The notes under the pieces are model-generated. The model saw only the letters and a list, made by a program, of their open reading frames with translations, was not told where the DNA came from and made no database searches. This document shows positions 10,550 to 20,726 of a stretch of DNA of 64,000 nt, piece after piece; positions within the stretch are counted from its first letter, which is position 1; each line of letters starts with the position of its first letter. Source of the stretch: an uncultured bacterium (lineage in GTDB: Bacteria; Eisenbacteria; RBG-16-71-46; CAIMUX01; WJJG01); assembly GCA_964417675.1 (NCBI GenBank), contig CAYQJL010000282.1, positions 148,794 through 212,793 of the forward strand. Reading direction: 5' to 3'. The position numbers and the translations under genes are program-made.

Positions 10550-10710
10550 CCCCTCGAGCTCCCCAGAGAGAGGACCCTTGCCTGTCTATCAAGATCTGGC
10601 CTTCGTCAGCGTCGGCCCCCTCGGTTGGGCCGGGACCATCGTAGGCAACGAGACGGCGTATGGCAACTGCGCTTTGCCCGTTGGGTTCATGCGCGGGCCC
10701 CATCGCCGGC

Positions 10711-10743
10711 GGGCCGGGACCCCGCAATGACGCGTCCCGGCCC
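10711..10743 (-). terminator. GC-rich hairpin immediately downstream of the metK stop (candidate terminator, no U-tract)
   Basis: GGGCCGGGAC / GTCCCGGCCC is a perfect 10-bp inverted repeat with a 13-nt loop. It starts about 10 nt after the metK stop codon on the transcribed strand. Confidence 0.4.
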
Positions 10744-10752
10744 ACGGCAGAC

Positions 10753-11910
10753 CTAACCTTGTTGCAGGGCGGCGGCGCGGTCGATGCGCTCCCAGGTGAA
10801 CTCCGGCAGTTCCCTTCCGAAGTGCCCATAGTAGGCAGTCTTTTCATAGATCGGCCGGCGCAGGTCGAGCGCACCAATGATGCCGCGGGGCGTCAGGTCG
10901 AAGACCTTGCGAATGCGCGCCTCGATCTGCTCCTCGGGGATCTGATGCGTCCCGAAGGTCTCGACCGAGATGCTCACCGGCTCCGTGACCCCAATGGCAT
11001 AGCCGAGCTGCAGCTGGCAGCGCCGCGCCAAGCCCGCGGCAACGACGTTCTTCGCCACCCAGCGGGCCGCGTAGGTCGCTGAACGGTCAACCTTGGTGGG
11101 GTCCTTTCCGGAGAACGCCCCGCCGCCATGCGGCGCCATGCCACCATAGGTGTCCACAATCAGCTTGCGGCCGGTCAAGCCGGTGTCCGCCTGCGGCCCC
11201 CCGTTGACGAAGGCCCCGGTGGGATTGATGTGGATGTGCTTGGCAATCCGGTTGTAGTCGATCAACTCCGCGGGAATCGACTTCTTGATCACCTCTTCGA
11301 GGAGTCCCTCGCGGACCTTCGCAATGCCAATGTCCTTGTGCTGGGCCGAAAGCACGACGGCCTCGACCGAAACCGGACGGGCGTCCTCGTAGCGGATCGT
11401 GATCTGCCCCTTGCCGTCCGGGTACAAGAAGTCCAGATCCCCCTGCACGCGCACCTGTTCCAGTCGAATCATCATCTGATGCGCCAGGCCGATGGCCAGC
11501 GGCATCATCGTCTCGGTCTCATCGGTCGCGTAGCCGAACATGATGCCCTGGTCGCCGGCCCCCAGGGCACCACCCGCTTGCTCCACACCCTGGCCGATAT
11601 CGGGCGACTGCTCATCAATGGCCGGCAAGACCGCGCAGGTGGTCGCCTCGAAGCCGATGCGCGGATCGGTGTATCCGATGTGGGCAATCGTATCGCGCAC
11701 CACCCGGGGGATATCGACATAGGCCTCGCGGGCGGTGATCTCGGCCGACACCAACGCCAGCCCGGTCGTAACCAGCGTCTCACAGGCCACGTGCGCCGTG
11801 GGTTCCTGCGCCAGAAAGGCATCCAGGATCGCGTCTGAGATCTGGTCGGCCACCTTGTCAGGATGTCCCCGAGCCACCGACTCCGAGGTGAATATCGTGC
11901 TACGACCCAT
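10753..11910 (-). CDS. metK: S-adenosylmethionine synthetase
   Basis: Trimmed to [26 protein letters not shown]... with the MetK signatures GHPDK and GGGAFSGKD. The upstream SD GGAAAGGAG lies 7 nt before the ATG at 11910, which was verified. Confidence 0.97.
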   Translation of the reverse strand: MGRSTIFTSESVARGHPDKVADQISDAILDAFLAQEPTAHVACETLVTTGLALVSAEITAREAYVDIPRVVRDTIAHIGYTDPRIGFEATTCAVLPAIDEQSPDIGQGVEQAGGALGAGDQGIMFGYATDETETMMPLAIGLAHQMMIRLEQVRVQGDLDFLYPDGKGQITIRYEDARPVSVEAVVLSAQHKDIGIAKVREGLLEEVIKKSIPAELIDYNRIAKHIHINPTGAFVNGGPQADTGLTGRKLIVDTYGGMAPHGGGAFSGKDPTKVDRSATYAARWVAKNVVAAGLARRCQLQLGYAIGVTEPVSISVETFGTHQIPEEQIEARIRKVFDLTPRGIIGALDLRRPIYEKTAYYGHFGRELPEFTWERIDRAAALQQG

Positions 11911-12074
11911 GCCTTGCTCCTTTCCGGATCCGTGCGTTCGATGCACCCTACCTGCCTACTGCCCCATACGTCGCACCCTTGCGCCGTATGGCTCCACACT
12001 GGGTATCGAGACGGTGCGACATCCTAGCCCAATCCAAACCTGGATACAACCGCCCCCCCCCCACAGGCGTCCCC

Positions 12075-12164
12075 GCCGATCCTGTTCCCGCGGGGGATCG
12101 TCCCTCCGATCCTGTTCCCGCGGGATCGGCCCGTGGATCCTGTTCCCCGGGAGATCGCCCCACG
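12075..12164. repeat. 30-bp x3 tandem repeat with internal dyad symmetry (REP-like) between the nucleotidyltransferase and metK
   Basis: Three tandem units ccgatcctgttcccgcgggggatcgtccct, ccgatcctgttcccgcgggatcggcccgtg and gatcctgttccccgggagatcgccccacgg. Each contains GATCC...CCCGCGGG...GGATC palindromic arms. Confidence 0.6.
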
Positions 12165-12257
12165 GCTTGGACCGGAGGACCCTGCCGGATCAAACCGCTT
12201 GCGTCCCGGCCCTCGCCCGGACCATCCCCTGCGAGAGAAGCGCAGGGATCCGGCGGG

Positions 12258-13262
12258 CTACGGCCCGCTGTTCAGGACGACCTCGGAGGAGTCGCCCACA
12301 TTGAGTCTCTGGAAGGTGCCCCGGACAATGGCGCTCTCCCCGATCACGGAACGCTCGAGCAACATGTCCTCCACGAGGGCACTCTCATTGACAATCGTAT
12401 CCCGCACGATGGCGCGCCGAATGACGGCTCCGTCGGCCACAGACACGTTGGGACCGAGGATCGACTTCTCGATCCGGGCCGTCGGCGCGATGAAGACCGG
12501 CGGCACCAGGGTCACACCGGGGATGGGCGCCGGCTGCGGAACCATACGCAGGAGATGCTGATTCGTATCAAGCAGCGTTTCGGGTTTGCCGCAGTCGAAC
12601 CAGCCGTCCACGGTCGACACTCGCATAGGCATGCCATTCTCCAGGAGGCGCTGCAGGGCATCGGTCAGCTGGAATTCCCCCTTCGTCCGCCGGTTCTCCT
12701 CGATCAGGACATTCAGGCTCGCAAACAGCGGCGCCGCATCCGGGAAGTAGTACAGTCCTACGATGGCCAGATTGCTGGGCGGATCCTGAGGCTTCTCCAC
12801 CAGGCGCAACACCTTCTCGCCCTGAACCTCCACGACGCCGAACCGGCGCGGATCCTCGACCTCCTTCACGCCGATGACCGCCTCCGCGCCGCTCAGGTAG
12901 GCGTCCCAATCCGGTTCCACGATCGTATCCCCCAACACGATCAAGATGGGGCCGGATCGCACCTGCTTCTCGGTCACGGCGATCGCATGTCCCAGGCCAA
13001 GGCGCTCTGTCTGTTCCACGACCTCGATCTGATCGCCATAGCGTTCGCGCAGATACTCCCGAATGCGCTGCCCCATGTAGCCCACCACCACGACGATCCG
13101 CTCTACACCGCGGTCGCGCAGTGCATCCAGAATGTGCCCCAGAATGGGTTTGCCGGCCACATTCACCAGGGCCTTCGGTACGGTGTGGGTCTGTGGGCGC
13201 AGGCGCGTGCCCACGCCTGCGGCGGGCACGATGGCTGTGGGTCGGGTCTGGGCCTCCGGCAT
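12258..13262 (-). CDS. sugar-phosphate nucleotidyltransferase (NTP_transferase domain plus C-terminal left-handed beta-helix hexapeptide repeats)
   Basis: The ORF-track entry 12258..13868 is fused through ptsI. The real start MPEAQTRPTAIVPAAGVGTRLRP is the ATG at 13262, which forms an ATGA overlap with the ptsI stop (verified). It carries the G-x-G-T-R-L nucleotidyltransferase motif and a C-terminal hexapeptide-repeat region. Confidence 0.85.
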   Translation of the reverse strand: MPEAQTRPTAIVPAAGVGTRLRPQTHTVPKALVNVAGKPILGHILDALRDRGVERIVVVVGYMGQRIREYLRERYGDQIEVVEQTERLGLGHAIAVTEKQVRSGPILIVLGDTIVEPDWDAYLSGAEAVIGVKEVEDPRRFGVVEVQGEKVLRLVEKPQDPPSNLAIVGLYYFPDAAPLFASLNVLIEENRRTKGEFQLTDALQRLLENGMPMRVSTVDGWFDCGKPETLLDTNQHLLRMVPQPAPIPGVTLVPPVFIAPTARIEKSILGPNVSVADGAVIRRAIVRDTIVNESALVEDMLLERSVIGESAIVRGTFQRLNVGDSSEVVLNSGP

Positions 13263-15118
13263 CAATCCTCTCCCCCTTCTGTTGACTCCTCGACAGCGGC
13301 CGTGTCGACCGGGGGGCCATTGACATGCCACTGGCAGGTCAGACGCCCGTCCCGGCTCTCGATCACGAACTGCGAATAGCTCTTCAGTCCCTCGCGTATC
13401 GCCGTCCGGACAGCGTGGGCATCCGGCGCCGCGAGGCAGGCCCGGGCCATCGCTTCCAGATCGGCATGTTTCACCTGGCCGAGCAGGGTCTTGATGGTCG
13501 CGACCATCGGAGGCACAACACTGAGTTCCTCGACACCCAATCCGACCAACAGGAGCGCCCCAAGCAGGTCGCTCGATAGCTCGCCGCACGACCCCACCGG
13601 TATGCCCTGCTGCTTTGCTCCCCAGATGGCGCCGTCGATCGCCCGGATGACGGCGGGATCGAAACCATCGTAGAGGTGACCGACACGGGCATTGCCCCGG
13701 TCCACGGCCAGGATGTATTGAATCAGGTCGTTCGAACCGATGCTGAAGAAGTCGGCTTCCTGGGCCAACCATTCGCTGACCAGCACGGCCGAGGGCACCT
13801 CGATCATGACTCCCACCTGTATGTCGGCGGCGATCAGGATCCCCTCGTCGCGCAGCTGATTCGCACACTCCTCGATGATGCCGCGCGCCTCGCGCACCTC
13901 GGCCAGTGTGCTGACCATGGGCAGCAGGATGCGCGGCTGCCCCCCCGCGGTGGCGCGCAGGATGGCGCGCAACTGGATGCGAAAGAGTGCCGGGTGCCGC
14001 AGACAGAAGCGGATGCCACGCAGTCCCAGAAAGGCATTCTCCTCACTCGGAACGCCCATCAGAAAGGCAACCTTATCGCCTCCCAGGTCGGTCGTACGAA
14101 TCGTCACAGGTGAGTGGGGAAATGCCGCCACAACCTTGGCATAGGCCGCATGCTGTTGGTTCTCGTCCGGGAAGGCGGTCGCCCCCATGAAGAAGAACTC
14201 GGTGCGGTAGAGGCCGATGCCATCCGCACCGGCCTGGACCGCCATCGCGGCGTCCTCCGGCCGCTCGATGTTTGCACGCACGGGAATGGTAACTCCATCG
14301 GAGGTAACCGGCGAACGATTGACATCCCCGGCGAGAGCCACCATGCGTGCCTGGCGGCGCTCAGCCTGCTCGACACGCTCCAGGTCGGACTTATCCGGCG
14401 AGACAATGACTTCACCGCGGTCACCATCCACGATCAGGTCGGCGCCGTCCGGAATCTCGGTCATGGCACCCACCACGCCGAGGACGGCCGGCAAGCCTCG
14501 TGAACGGGCAACGATGGTCACATGCGACGCCAGGGTTCCGCGCTCGGTCACGAAGGCCAGCGTGCGCTCCGAGTCGAGTCCAATCGTGTCGGCCGGGCCG
14601 AGCTCATCGGCCACGACCACCGATCCGGGGGCCATGTGCCCAACCGCAGACGGCTCCTCGCCGAGCAGGCGCGCCAGAATGCGTCGTTCGACGTCCCGGA
14701 TGTCCGCCGCGCGCCCTCGAAAGAGCTCACTTGGCAGCGATTCGAGGTAGCGCGCCTTGGCCGCCAGGACCGTGCGCACGGCATTGGCCGCATTCATGCG
14801 CTCGGACTTGACGGCCGCAACGATCTCGCGCGTCAATTCCCGATCCTGAAGGAGCATCTCATGAGAGGCGAGGATCTGGTCGGCGGGATCCTCGACCGGA
14901 CGGTCGAGGCGTTTGCGCACGCTGGTTACCTCCTCGCGCGCCTCGCGAAGACACCGGCGCAAGCGACGGATCTCCCGGGCCTCCCCCCCAGGCTCGACCC
15001 GGTGTGCCGGTACGACGAAGTCGTGCGATGCCAATATGCTCGCGTTACCGCGCACGATGCCGGCGGAAGCACCGACCCCGTACAACACGGTGCGCCTTGG
15101 TCTACGGGATCGCGGCAT
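13262..15118 (-). CDS. ptsI: phosphoenolpyruvate-protein phosphotransferase (PTS Enzyme I)
   Basis: 618 aa with N-terminal HPr-binding, central PEP-utilising and C-terminal TIM-barrel regions (FFSIGSNDLIQY, GELSSD). The ATG at 15118 is verified and has an upstream AAGGAAAGG. Confidence 0.95.
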   Translation of the reverse strand: MPRSRRPRRTVLYGVGASAGIVRGNASILASHDFVVPAHRVEPGGEAREIRRLRRCLREAREEVTSVRKRLDRPVEDPADQILASHEMLLQDRELTREIVAAVKSERMNAANAVRTVLAAKARYLESLPSELFRGRAADIRDVERRILARLLGEEPSAVGHMAPGSVVVADELGPADTIGLDSERTLAFVTERGTLASHVTIVARSRGLPAVLGVVGAMTEIPDGADLIVDGDRGEVIVSPDKSDLERVEQAERRQARMVALAGDVNRSPVTSDGVTIPVRANIERPEDAAMAVQAGADGIGLYRTEFFFMGATAFPDENQQHAAYAKVVAAFPHSPVTIRTTDLGGDKVAFLMGVPSEENAFLGLRGIRFCLRHPALFRIQLRAILRATAGGQPRILLPMVSTLAEVREARGIIEECANQLRDEGILIAADIQVGVMIEVPSAVLVSEWLAQEADFFSIGSNDLIQYILAVDRGNARVGHLYDGFDPAVIRAIDGAIWGAKQQGIPVGSCGELSSDLLGALLLVGLGVEELSVVPPMVATIKTLLGQVKHADLEAMARACLAAPDAHAVRTAIREGLKSYSQFVIESRDGRLTCQWHVNGPPVDTAAVEESTEGGED

Positions 15119-15181
15119 ACCGAACCTTTCCTTTCGCGGCTAGCGCCCTGCACCACCTGCCAGTCTCATCCCAGCCGCACG

Positions 15182-15282
15182 TCCCATCCCGGTCGCACGC
15201 GGGCCGCATGCCCGCCGCACATCCGTCCCCCATGCCCGCCGCACGTTCGGCCCATCCTGGTCGCACGCGGGCCGCATGCCCG
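15182..15282. repeat. 34-bp direct repeat, 2 copies 33 nt apart, in the ptsH-ptsI spacer
   Basis: cccatcccggtcgcacgcgggccgcatgcccgcc at 15182-15215 and cccatcctggtcgcacgcgggccgcatgcccgcc at 15249-15282. Confidence 0.55.
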
Positions 15283-15369
15283 CCAACTGCCTGCCCGGGT
15301 GTGGTGCCACACAGGCCGGCTGCGGGGCGTGGGACGGCCATACTGTGTGGCATGTTCACCCGCGACTAC

Positions 15370-15633
15370 CTACTCATCGAATTGTGCCTCAATCAGCGCG
15401 ACCAGGGCGCCGACGGCTTCCTGCTCATCAGGCCCTTCCGCTCGGATCGTCAGCTCCGTGCCGGTTTCGGCTGCCAGCATCATGACCCCCATGATGCTTT
15501 TCGCATTGACCGTCAGCTGACCGGTCGCCAGAAAGATCTCTGCGGCGAAACTGCTGGCCTTCTGAACCAACAGGGCAGCCGGCCGGGCATGGATACCCGG
15601 CACATTCGTTACCAGAACACGTGCTTCGTGCAC
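15370..15633 (-). CDS. ptsH: phosphocarrier protein HPr
   Basis: 87 aa from a GTG start. His15 sits in GIHARPA and Ser46 in NAKSIMGVM, both at canonical positions. Ser46 is the HprK target, and hprK is present in the same locus. Confidence 0.95.
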   Translation of the reverse strand: MHEARVLVTNVPGIHARPAALLVQKASSFAAEIFLATGQLTVNAKSIMGVMMLAAETGTELTIRAEGPDEQEAVGALVALIEAQFDE

Positions 15634-15789
15634 TCGGATCCTCTCATCCTATCAGGCATGCCACCTTCGTCCGCCGGCCGGGTCAATCAGACTCGACCCC
15701 GGCACCCCGACATCCCAGGAAACTCGCTCCTGCGAACCGGCATCCCGGCTGCAGATCCCGGGGAATCCTGACACAACAAACGGAGCAGT

Positions 15790-17640
15790 TCATTGCCAGG
15801 GTGTCAGGCCCAGTGCCAATACGAGCGCACACGCCCAACCCCACAAAAGGGCCCGCCCTCCAACGAGCAGGCCCAAGGGAAGGCCCAGGATAAACCAAAC
15901 CAGCCCATGCCGGAAGAACGACATGACCCCTGATTCTGTTCCCACGGCAAACGGACCCAAATGCCTGGCGAGCACCAAACCGACCCACAGAGCCAGGAGC
16001 GGAATCAGCAACGCCAGCGCCGTTGGCAACCAATCCCACACCCAACCACGCCCCCCTCGAACGCAGTCCCACCCCTTGCGCCAGCCCCAGCGGTAGAGAC
16101 CCCACCGCATCACGACATGAAACAGCAGGCTGGCGCCCACATAGATAAGGAGTCCCAGCCAGGGACGAAGAACCGGAAGAACCGTCAGGCCCAACACCAT
16201 GAGGCTCAGAACAGGGCGCACGCCGCCCCACAGAACGCGGTCACCCCACTGGGCCAGCACCGCACCGCCCACCGTCAGCAAGCGGGCCGGGGCCCGCGGA
16301 AGCGAGCCCCGACCCGCCTCGGTCAGGACACGCTCGATGCCACCCGCCAGGGCCGCGGCCAATACGGGCTGAGTGTTGTACGTTCCCGTCTGGGCAATGT
16401 CAAACTCGGTCTGGCTGCGAATGGCTTCCGCGCCCCGCAAGCGCTCCTCAGGAATGGCGCGCACGATCCCAAGGAAGCCAGCCCGCTGAAGGTAGGCGAA
16501 GTTGAACGATGCCTGCAAGAGCAGGAAGGCCCGCCATTGGCGAAGCCGTGGGAACGGTGCGCCCGGGCTTCCAGAATGCACCTGGAACGTCTCCCCGCCG
16601 GGCGGCTTGCCCAGCGCGCCTGCCTTGCCAGTTACGGAACTTGCTGCGCCTGGGGCCGTTGCCCCGTCCCCGGACCGGCCTCGCTGCCAGCGATGCTTCA
16701 GTCGCTTGACTTCGATTCCCAGGCCCAGGGCCCGCTGCCCGAGCACGCCGCCCAAGGCGAACAGCAGAAGGGCACCTAGCGGCGCCCCCCGCAACCCGCC
16801 GTGCAAATCCACCTGTCCCAAGCCGGCCAGGCCCCACCAGGTCTCTGCTGCCCCGATGCGGGATTCGAATCCCAAGGCAAGGTCACTGACCCACAGCAGA
16901 ATCATGGCAGGCATCAGCACCAGGCTCAGGAGCAGGAGCGGGCCCACCAGGGACGCCTCGATCCCTCCGCTGGCCAGGAGTCCCTCCACCCGCACACCGC
17001 TGGCGCATGTCGCCTCCGCGTACACGACGCGCTCGCGCCGCTCGTTGCGCCGGCGCAACCGATTCTCCGTCCACTCACCGACCGTGGCAGCCAGCAACGC
17101 CAACACCACCGCCACGCTTGCGTCCCAGGGAGTGGCCAGCGGGGAGAGCAAACACAACCAGGCGGTCCCGATCACAGCGGCCGGTCCCACGGCCGGCTGC
17201 CGGGACCCACCCATGGGGAGCAGACCGGGCCAGACCGCCTGAAGAGCGAAGCCCATGCCCAGCCCGGCGAGTGGATTGCCGAGGAGCACTCCGGCCATCG
17301 AAGCGGCCACCAGCGGCTGGTGCAGGAACAGAGGTCCCACTGCGCGTTCGTCCGCGGCCACGAGGGCGGCCCACATCGCGAGAAGCGCCCATCGGAGACC
17401 GCTGCCGAACTCGGCGCACAGTGCATGGAAGGTCACGCCGAATGCTCCACCGGACGCTCCCATTGCCGCGCTGACGACTGTCCCCGCGCACCTCTCGGCG
17501 GACACCCCGGCGGCCACCATCGCCCCCACGGCGATCACCGGGGGGAGCCATGCAAACCGAAGCCCGGTCCCGACAGCCGTCCGGCGGAACCCGGGAGCCG
17601 GTCCAGTGCCCGAGCCATCCGGTACGGTCGCCCCCCCCAC
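15790..17640 (-). CDS. PTS mannose/fructose/sorbose-family fused IIC-IID permease
   Basis: 616-aa polytopic membrane protein. The N-terminal half is IIC-like. The C-terminal half has the IID signature region WRAFLLLQASFNFAYLQRAGFLGIV (compare IID FWRSFFIQASWNYERMQNLGF). Its GTG start lies 9 nt after the GH57 stop. Confidence 0.75.
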   Translation of the reverse strand: MGGATVPDGSGTGPAPGFRRTAVGTGLRFAWLPPVIAVGAMVAAGVSAERCAGTVVSAAMGASGGAFGVTFHALCAEFGSGLRWALLAMWAALVAADERAVGPLFLHQPLVAASMAGVLLGNPLAGLGMGFALQAVWPGLLPMGGSRQPAVGPAAVIGTAWLCLLSPLATPWDASVAVVLALLAATVGEWTENRLRRRNERRERVVYAEATCASGVRVEGLLASGGIEASLVGPLLLLSLVLMPAMILLWVSDLALGFESRIGAAETWWGLAGLGQVDLHGGLRGAPLGALLLFALGGVLGQRALGLGIEVKRLKHRWQRGRSGDGATAPGAASSVTGKAGALGKPPGGETFQVHSGSPGAPFPRLRQWRAFLLLQASFNFAYLQRAGFLGIVRAIPEERLRGAEAIRSQTEFDIAQTGTYNTQPVLAAALAGGIERVLTEAGRGSLPRAPARLLTVGGAVLAQWGDRVLWGGVRPVLSLMVLGLTVLPVLRPWLGLLIYVGASLLFHVVMRWGLYRWGWRKGWDCVRGGRGWVWDWLPTALALLIPLLALWVGLVLARHLGPFAVGTESGVMSFFRHGLVWFILGLPLGLLVGGRALLWGWACALVLALGLTPWQ

Positions 17641-17649
17641 CGGTGCCTC

Positions 17650-20088
17650 CTAGCGCTTCGACTTCACCAAGCGGATCGGCCGCCTGCCTCGGGCCAACTC
17701 TCCCGCGGGCACACGCAAGTCGGGTTGGCCGTCACGCATCTCTGCCCGGTACCCGAACCGGTGCTCCCCACCCGGCACCAGGTGCAGCGGGAAATAGAAG
17801 AGAATCGCCAGCCCCTGATCATTGCTTTCAGCGCCCCCTTCCGACAGGCTCACCGTCCTGACCGGATAGCGGCAATAGGCGGCCGGCGCTGACAGAGAGA
17901 ACTCGATATGCCAGTTGGCCCATCCCTCGACCAGATGCAGGGAGTCCACGGCGGGGGCCTGTCCCACTGCCCCCAGATAGGCTGGCTTCGCACGCTGTCC
18001 GTTTACCACCAGGAAACGGTCATCCGCCTTGGCTGCCAGCAGATTGGCATGGTTCTCGATCGCCGCCCACGCACGCATCTCATGGTCCGACTGATTGCGG
18101 AAACGGTAGTCGACGCTATAGCCCCTTTCTCCAGACTGAACGCTGATCGTCTTCTCAACCTGCAGCGGCTGGCAGTTCCCCCCACGCCATAGCCCCCCGG
18201 TCCGTCGCAGCCGCACCTGGACCCGATCCTTCTCCTCGATCACGTCGGCCTCATACGGCTGGTTGACGAAATCACCGATCTCGTGCTGACTCTGCAGCAT
18301 CTGGCGGACCGGATCCGGTTCCTCATCGAAGAATCGATCGGTGAGCGCGGCCCGATCGTACCAATCATAGGTCAGCAGTTCACGCAGCCCGTCTTCCTTC
18401 GAGGTGATCCCCCCGTGAATGCTCGCGGCCTGTTCCTGGGAGGAATCCACCGCCGCCGCGTTCGGCGTCTCGGGGGCCGCATCGGCGCCCGCCGTGGATC
18501 GGGCCGCGTCCGGCGTCTCAGGGCCCGCGTTGGCGCCCGCCGCGAATCGGACCGCGTCCGGCGTTCCTGGGTCCGCATCGGCGCCCGACGCAGATCCGGC
18601 CGCGTCCGACCCCTCGGGCTCCAGCGAATCGGCCGCCTGCTCGGCGGCACTCCCGGTCACCTTGCGATGGTAGTATTCCTCGCGGCGACTGATCACATTG
18701 ATCAGATTGTAGCCCGCAGAACGGTCATCCCATTCCAGCAAGCGCCCACCGCCATTCGGATCGAGGAACAGCGCAAGCTGATCGTTCTCGAGGACAATCT
18801 CATTGTGGCCGTCGATGTCCAGATCCGCGGCTCGCATCGCCACCCAGGGCTCGCGACCATGCAGCCCGCGGGCCAACAGCGCCTCCCCCCTGATCAGCTC
18901 TGCGTAGACGCCATGGCGCAGATGCGGCAGGTACATTCCGCCGAACACACCGTGCCAGTACGCGCAATTGCATTGCGCCCGCCACAGGTGATCCCGGCAA
19001 TTCTCCCACGCCTCTCGCCGCATCGTGCTGCGGAAGGCGCGGCAGCGCCCGGAGGCCTCGAGCGCGCGCATGTGCATCCAACTGCTCTCCGGATAGCGCG
19101 CGAAGAAGTTTCGCCAGAAGCCACCCCGCACAAACAGGCGCCCCTCATCCTCGAGGCCCGCCTCGGACAGCGTCTCGCGCAGCTGCTCACAGACGGCCTG
19201 ATGATGCGCCGGCAATGACCAGTCGCCCATCTCGGCATAGGATCCGGTGGGCAGATAGGCCAGTCCAACCGGATCCTGTTCGCGCGCCTCCCGCGCGAAG
19301 GTCGTCGGCAGGATCGCGTCACCGGCGGCCTCGAGCGCGCTCAGAAAGCGATCGAGCCATCGCCGTTGGTAGACCAGCTTGTGCGTGCCGGGCCATGTTC
19401 CGAACTTCTCGCCGTCATCAGCATAGACGGCCAGTCCATCCCCACCGCCTGGGAAGGGGTTCCTCAAGAACCGGACCACTTCATCCGGATCCGCGAACGG
19501 AATCCGATAGCGCAAGCTCATCAGCGCCGGGAACAGGCGCAGGCTGCGGCCGGCGCTCTCGGTCAGGAAACTGCCACGAATCCGCTCCGCGCCCACGCCG
19601 ATCTGCTGGAGCTGCGTATCGTCAATCGGCAAGTACGAGATCCCGGCATCCACGAGATCCAGTGGCAAATCCGGTTCCCACACGCGTTCGGTCAGCCAGA
19701 TGCCACGGGCATCGACATCGAAGCGCGAGGTCAGGTACTCCCTCATCTTCTCAACTTGACCGCGCCGGTCCTCCGGCGTCAGCGCCGGCAGGACCGGTTC
19801 GTAGAACCCGCCCCCGAGGATCTCAAGACGGCCGCTTCGAACCGCACCCGCAATGCGATCAAGATACTCGGGATGGTTCTCCTCCAACCATTCCCACAGA
19901 CAACCGGAGTTGTGCAAGACCCACGGGATCGCGGGGTGACGTTCCATCACCTCGAGGAACGGCAGGTACGCCCTTTGATAGGCATCCTCGATCACATGAT
20001 CGAAGTTGCCCACCGGCTGATGATTGTGAACGCAGAAGACAAAACGGATCGGCGCCAATTCGACCTCCTTGTCGCGGACAGTCCCCAC
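17650..20088 (-). CDS. glycoside hydrolase family 57 (alpha-amylase / 4-alpha-glucanotransferase / branching-enzyme type) with C-terminal extension
   Basis: 812 aa with the GH57 conserved regions FVFCVHNHQP, WLTERVW, YADDGEKFGTWP and AQCNCAYWHGVFGG. A 48-bp x3.3 in-frame tandem repeat at 18453-18625 encodes a Pro/Ala/Asp-rich insert. Confidence 0.85.
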   Translation of the reverse strand: MGTVRDKEVELAPIRFVFCVHNHQPVGNFDHVIEDAYQRAYLPFLEVMERHPAIPWVLHNSGCLWEWLEENHPEYLDRIAGAVRSGRLEILGGGFYEPVLPALTPEDRRGQVEKMREYLTSRFDVDARGIWLTERVWEPDLPLDLVDAGISYLPIDDTQLQQIGVGAERIRGSFLTESAGRSLRLFPALMSLRYRIPFADPDEVVRFLRNPFPGGGDGLAVYADDGEKFGTWPGTHKLVYQRRWLDRFLSALEAAGDAILPTTFAREAREQDPVGLAYLPTGSYAEMGDWSLPAHHQAVCEQLRETLSEAGLEDEGRLFVRGGFWRNFFARYPESSWMHMRALEASGRCRAFRSTMRREAWENCRDHLWRAQCNCAYWHGVFGGMYLPHLRHGVYAELIRGEALLARGLHGREPWVAMRAADLDIDGHNEIVLENDQLALFLDPNGGGRLLEWDDRSAGYNLINVISRREEYYHRKVTGSAAEQAADSLEPEGSDAAGSASGADADPGTPDAVRFAAGANAGPETPDAARSTAGADAAPETPNAAAVDSSQEQAASIHGGITSKEDGLRELLTYDWYDRAALTDRFFDEEPDPVRQMLQSQHEIGDFVNQPYEADVIEEKDRVQVRLRRTGGLWRGGNCQPLQVEKTISVQSGERGYSVDYRFRNQSDHEMRAWAAIENHANLLAAKADDRFLVVNGQRAKPAYLGAVGQAPAVDSLHLVEGWANWHIEFSLSAPAAYCRYPVRTVSLSEGGAESNDQGLAILFYFPLHLVPGGEHRFGYRAEMRDGQPDLRVPAGELARGRRPIRLVKSKR

Positions 20089-20189
20089 GGATCACGCGCT
20101 GACCGGACCTGTGGGCCCGGACGGAGCCTTCCCGCCCCTCGTGGCTCGAGTACGAATCGTACAAGTCGAACCACAGATAGCGGACAACA

Positions 20190-20726
20190 TCAAGGCCGGA
20201 GTAATCTTCTCAAACCATCTCCGGCAACCCGCGGCGAACTGGGTAGATCCTGGGCGAACAAGAACAGGCCCCGGTCCAGTAGATCGAGGAGAGATGCTCG
20301 GTCCGTTTCGGTAAGGTGAAGGTAGGAGATGTACTCGATTGTACCCGGTCGATCATGAAGCCCGCCGAGGTTGACGCCACCTCCCGGCCGGAATCCGGCG
20401 TCATACAGCCGCGCAAGTGTATCCACACTCCGCAACAAGACGATCACCCGGCTGGCCTCCGTCCGTGCCGCCCCGGCCGCTGCCGACAGGAACTCCGCAA
20501 CCGCCTCGATGCCCACCGACACCTCCGGAGGGGCCGCCGAGAGGAAGGCCTCCCGCTCCCAGTCATCGCCCGCAACTTCATCATCCACAATCAGGTACCC
20601 GCGCGGATCGAGCGCCTGCGCCCATCCATAGACAACTTGCCCGTGCAACAGGCGGTCATCGACGCGCACCAGCGCAAAGCGGGTCGCTCGATCCCAATGA
20701 CCGGCCGCTTCATCCAAGTTGCACAT
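20190..20726 (-). CDS. PTS mannose-family IIB component
   Basis: FALVRVDDRLLHGQVVYGW matches the IIB-Man phospho-histidine motif (IVLARIDDRLIHGQV). The N-terminal 17 nt overlap the IIA stop, so the true start may lie slightly downstream. Confidence 0.82.
   Translation of the reverse strand: MCNLDEAAGHWDRATRFALVRVDDRLLHGQVVYGWAQALDPRGYLIVDDEVAGDDWEREAFLSAAPPEVSVGIEAVAEFLSAAAGAARTEASRVIVLLRSVDTLARLYDAGFRPGGGVNLGGLHDRPGTIEYISYLHLTETDRASLLDLLDRGLFLFAQDLPSSPRVAGDGLRRLLRP

Noticed and set aside
12258-13868. 536-aa ORF 12258..13868, apparently a large fusion protein
   Set aside because: The N-terminal 200 aa are an alternative-frame read-through of the ptsI 3' end. The true start is the ATG at 13262, overlapping the ptsI stop. 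Similar over-extensions were trimmed for rimO, hprK, hpf, rpoN, kdsD, kdsB, rplU, rodA, mreD, mreC, mreB, thrS and others.
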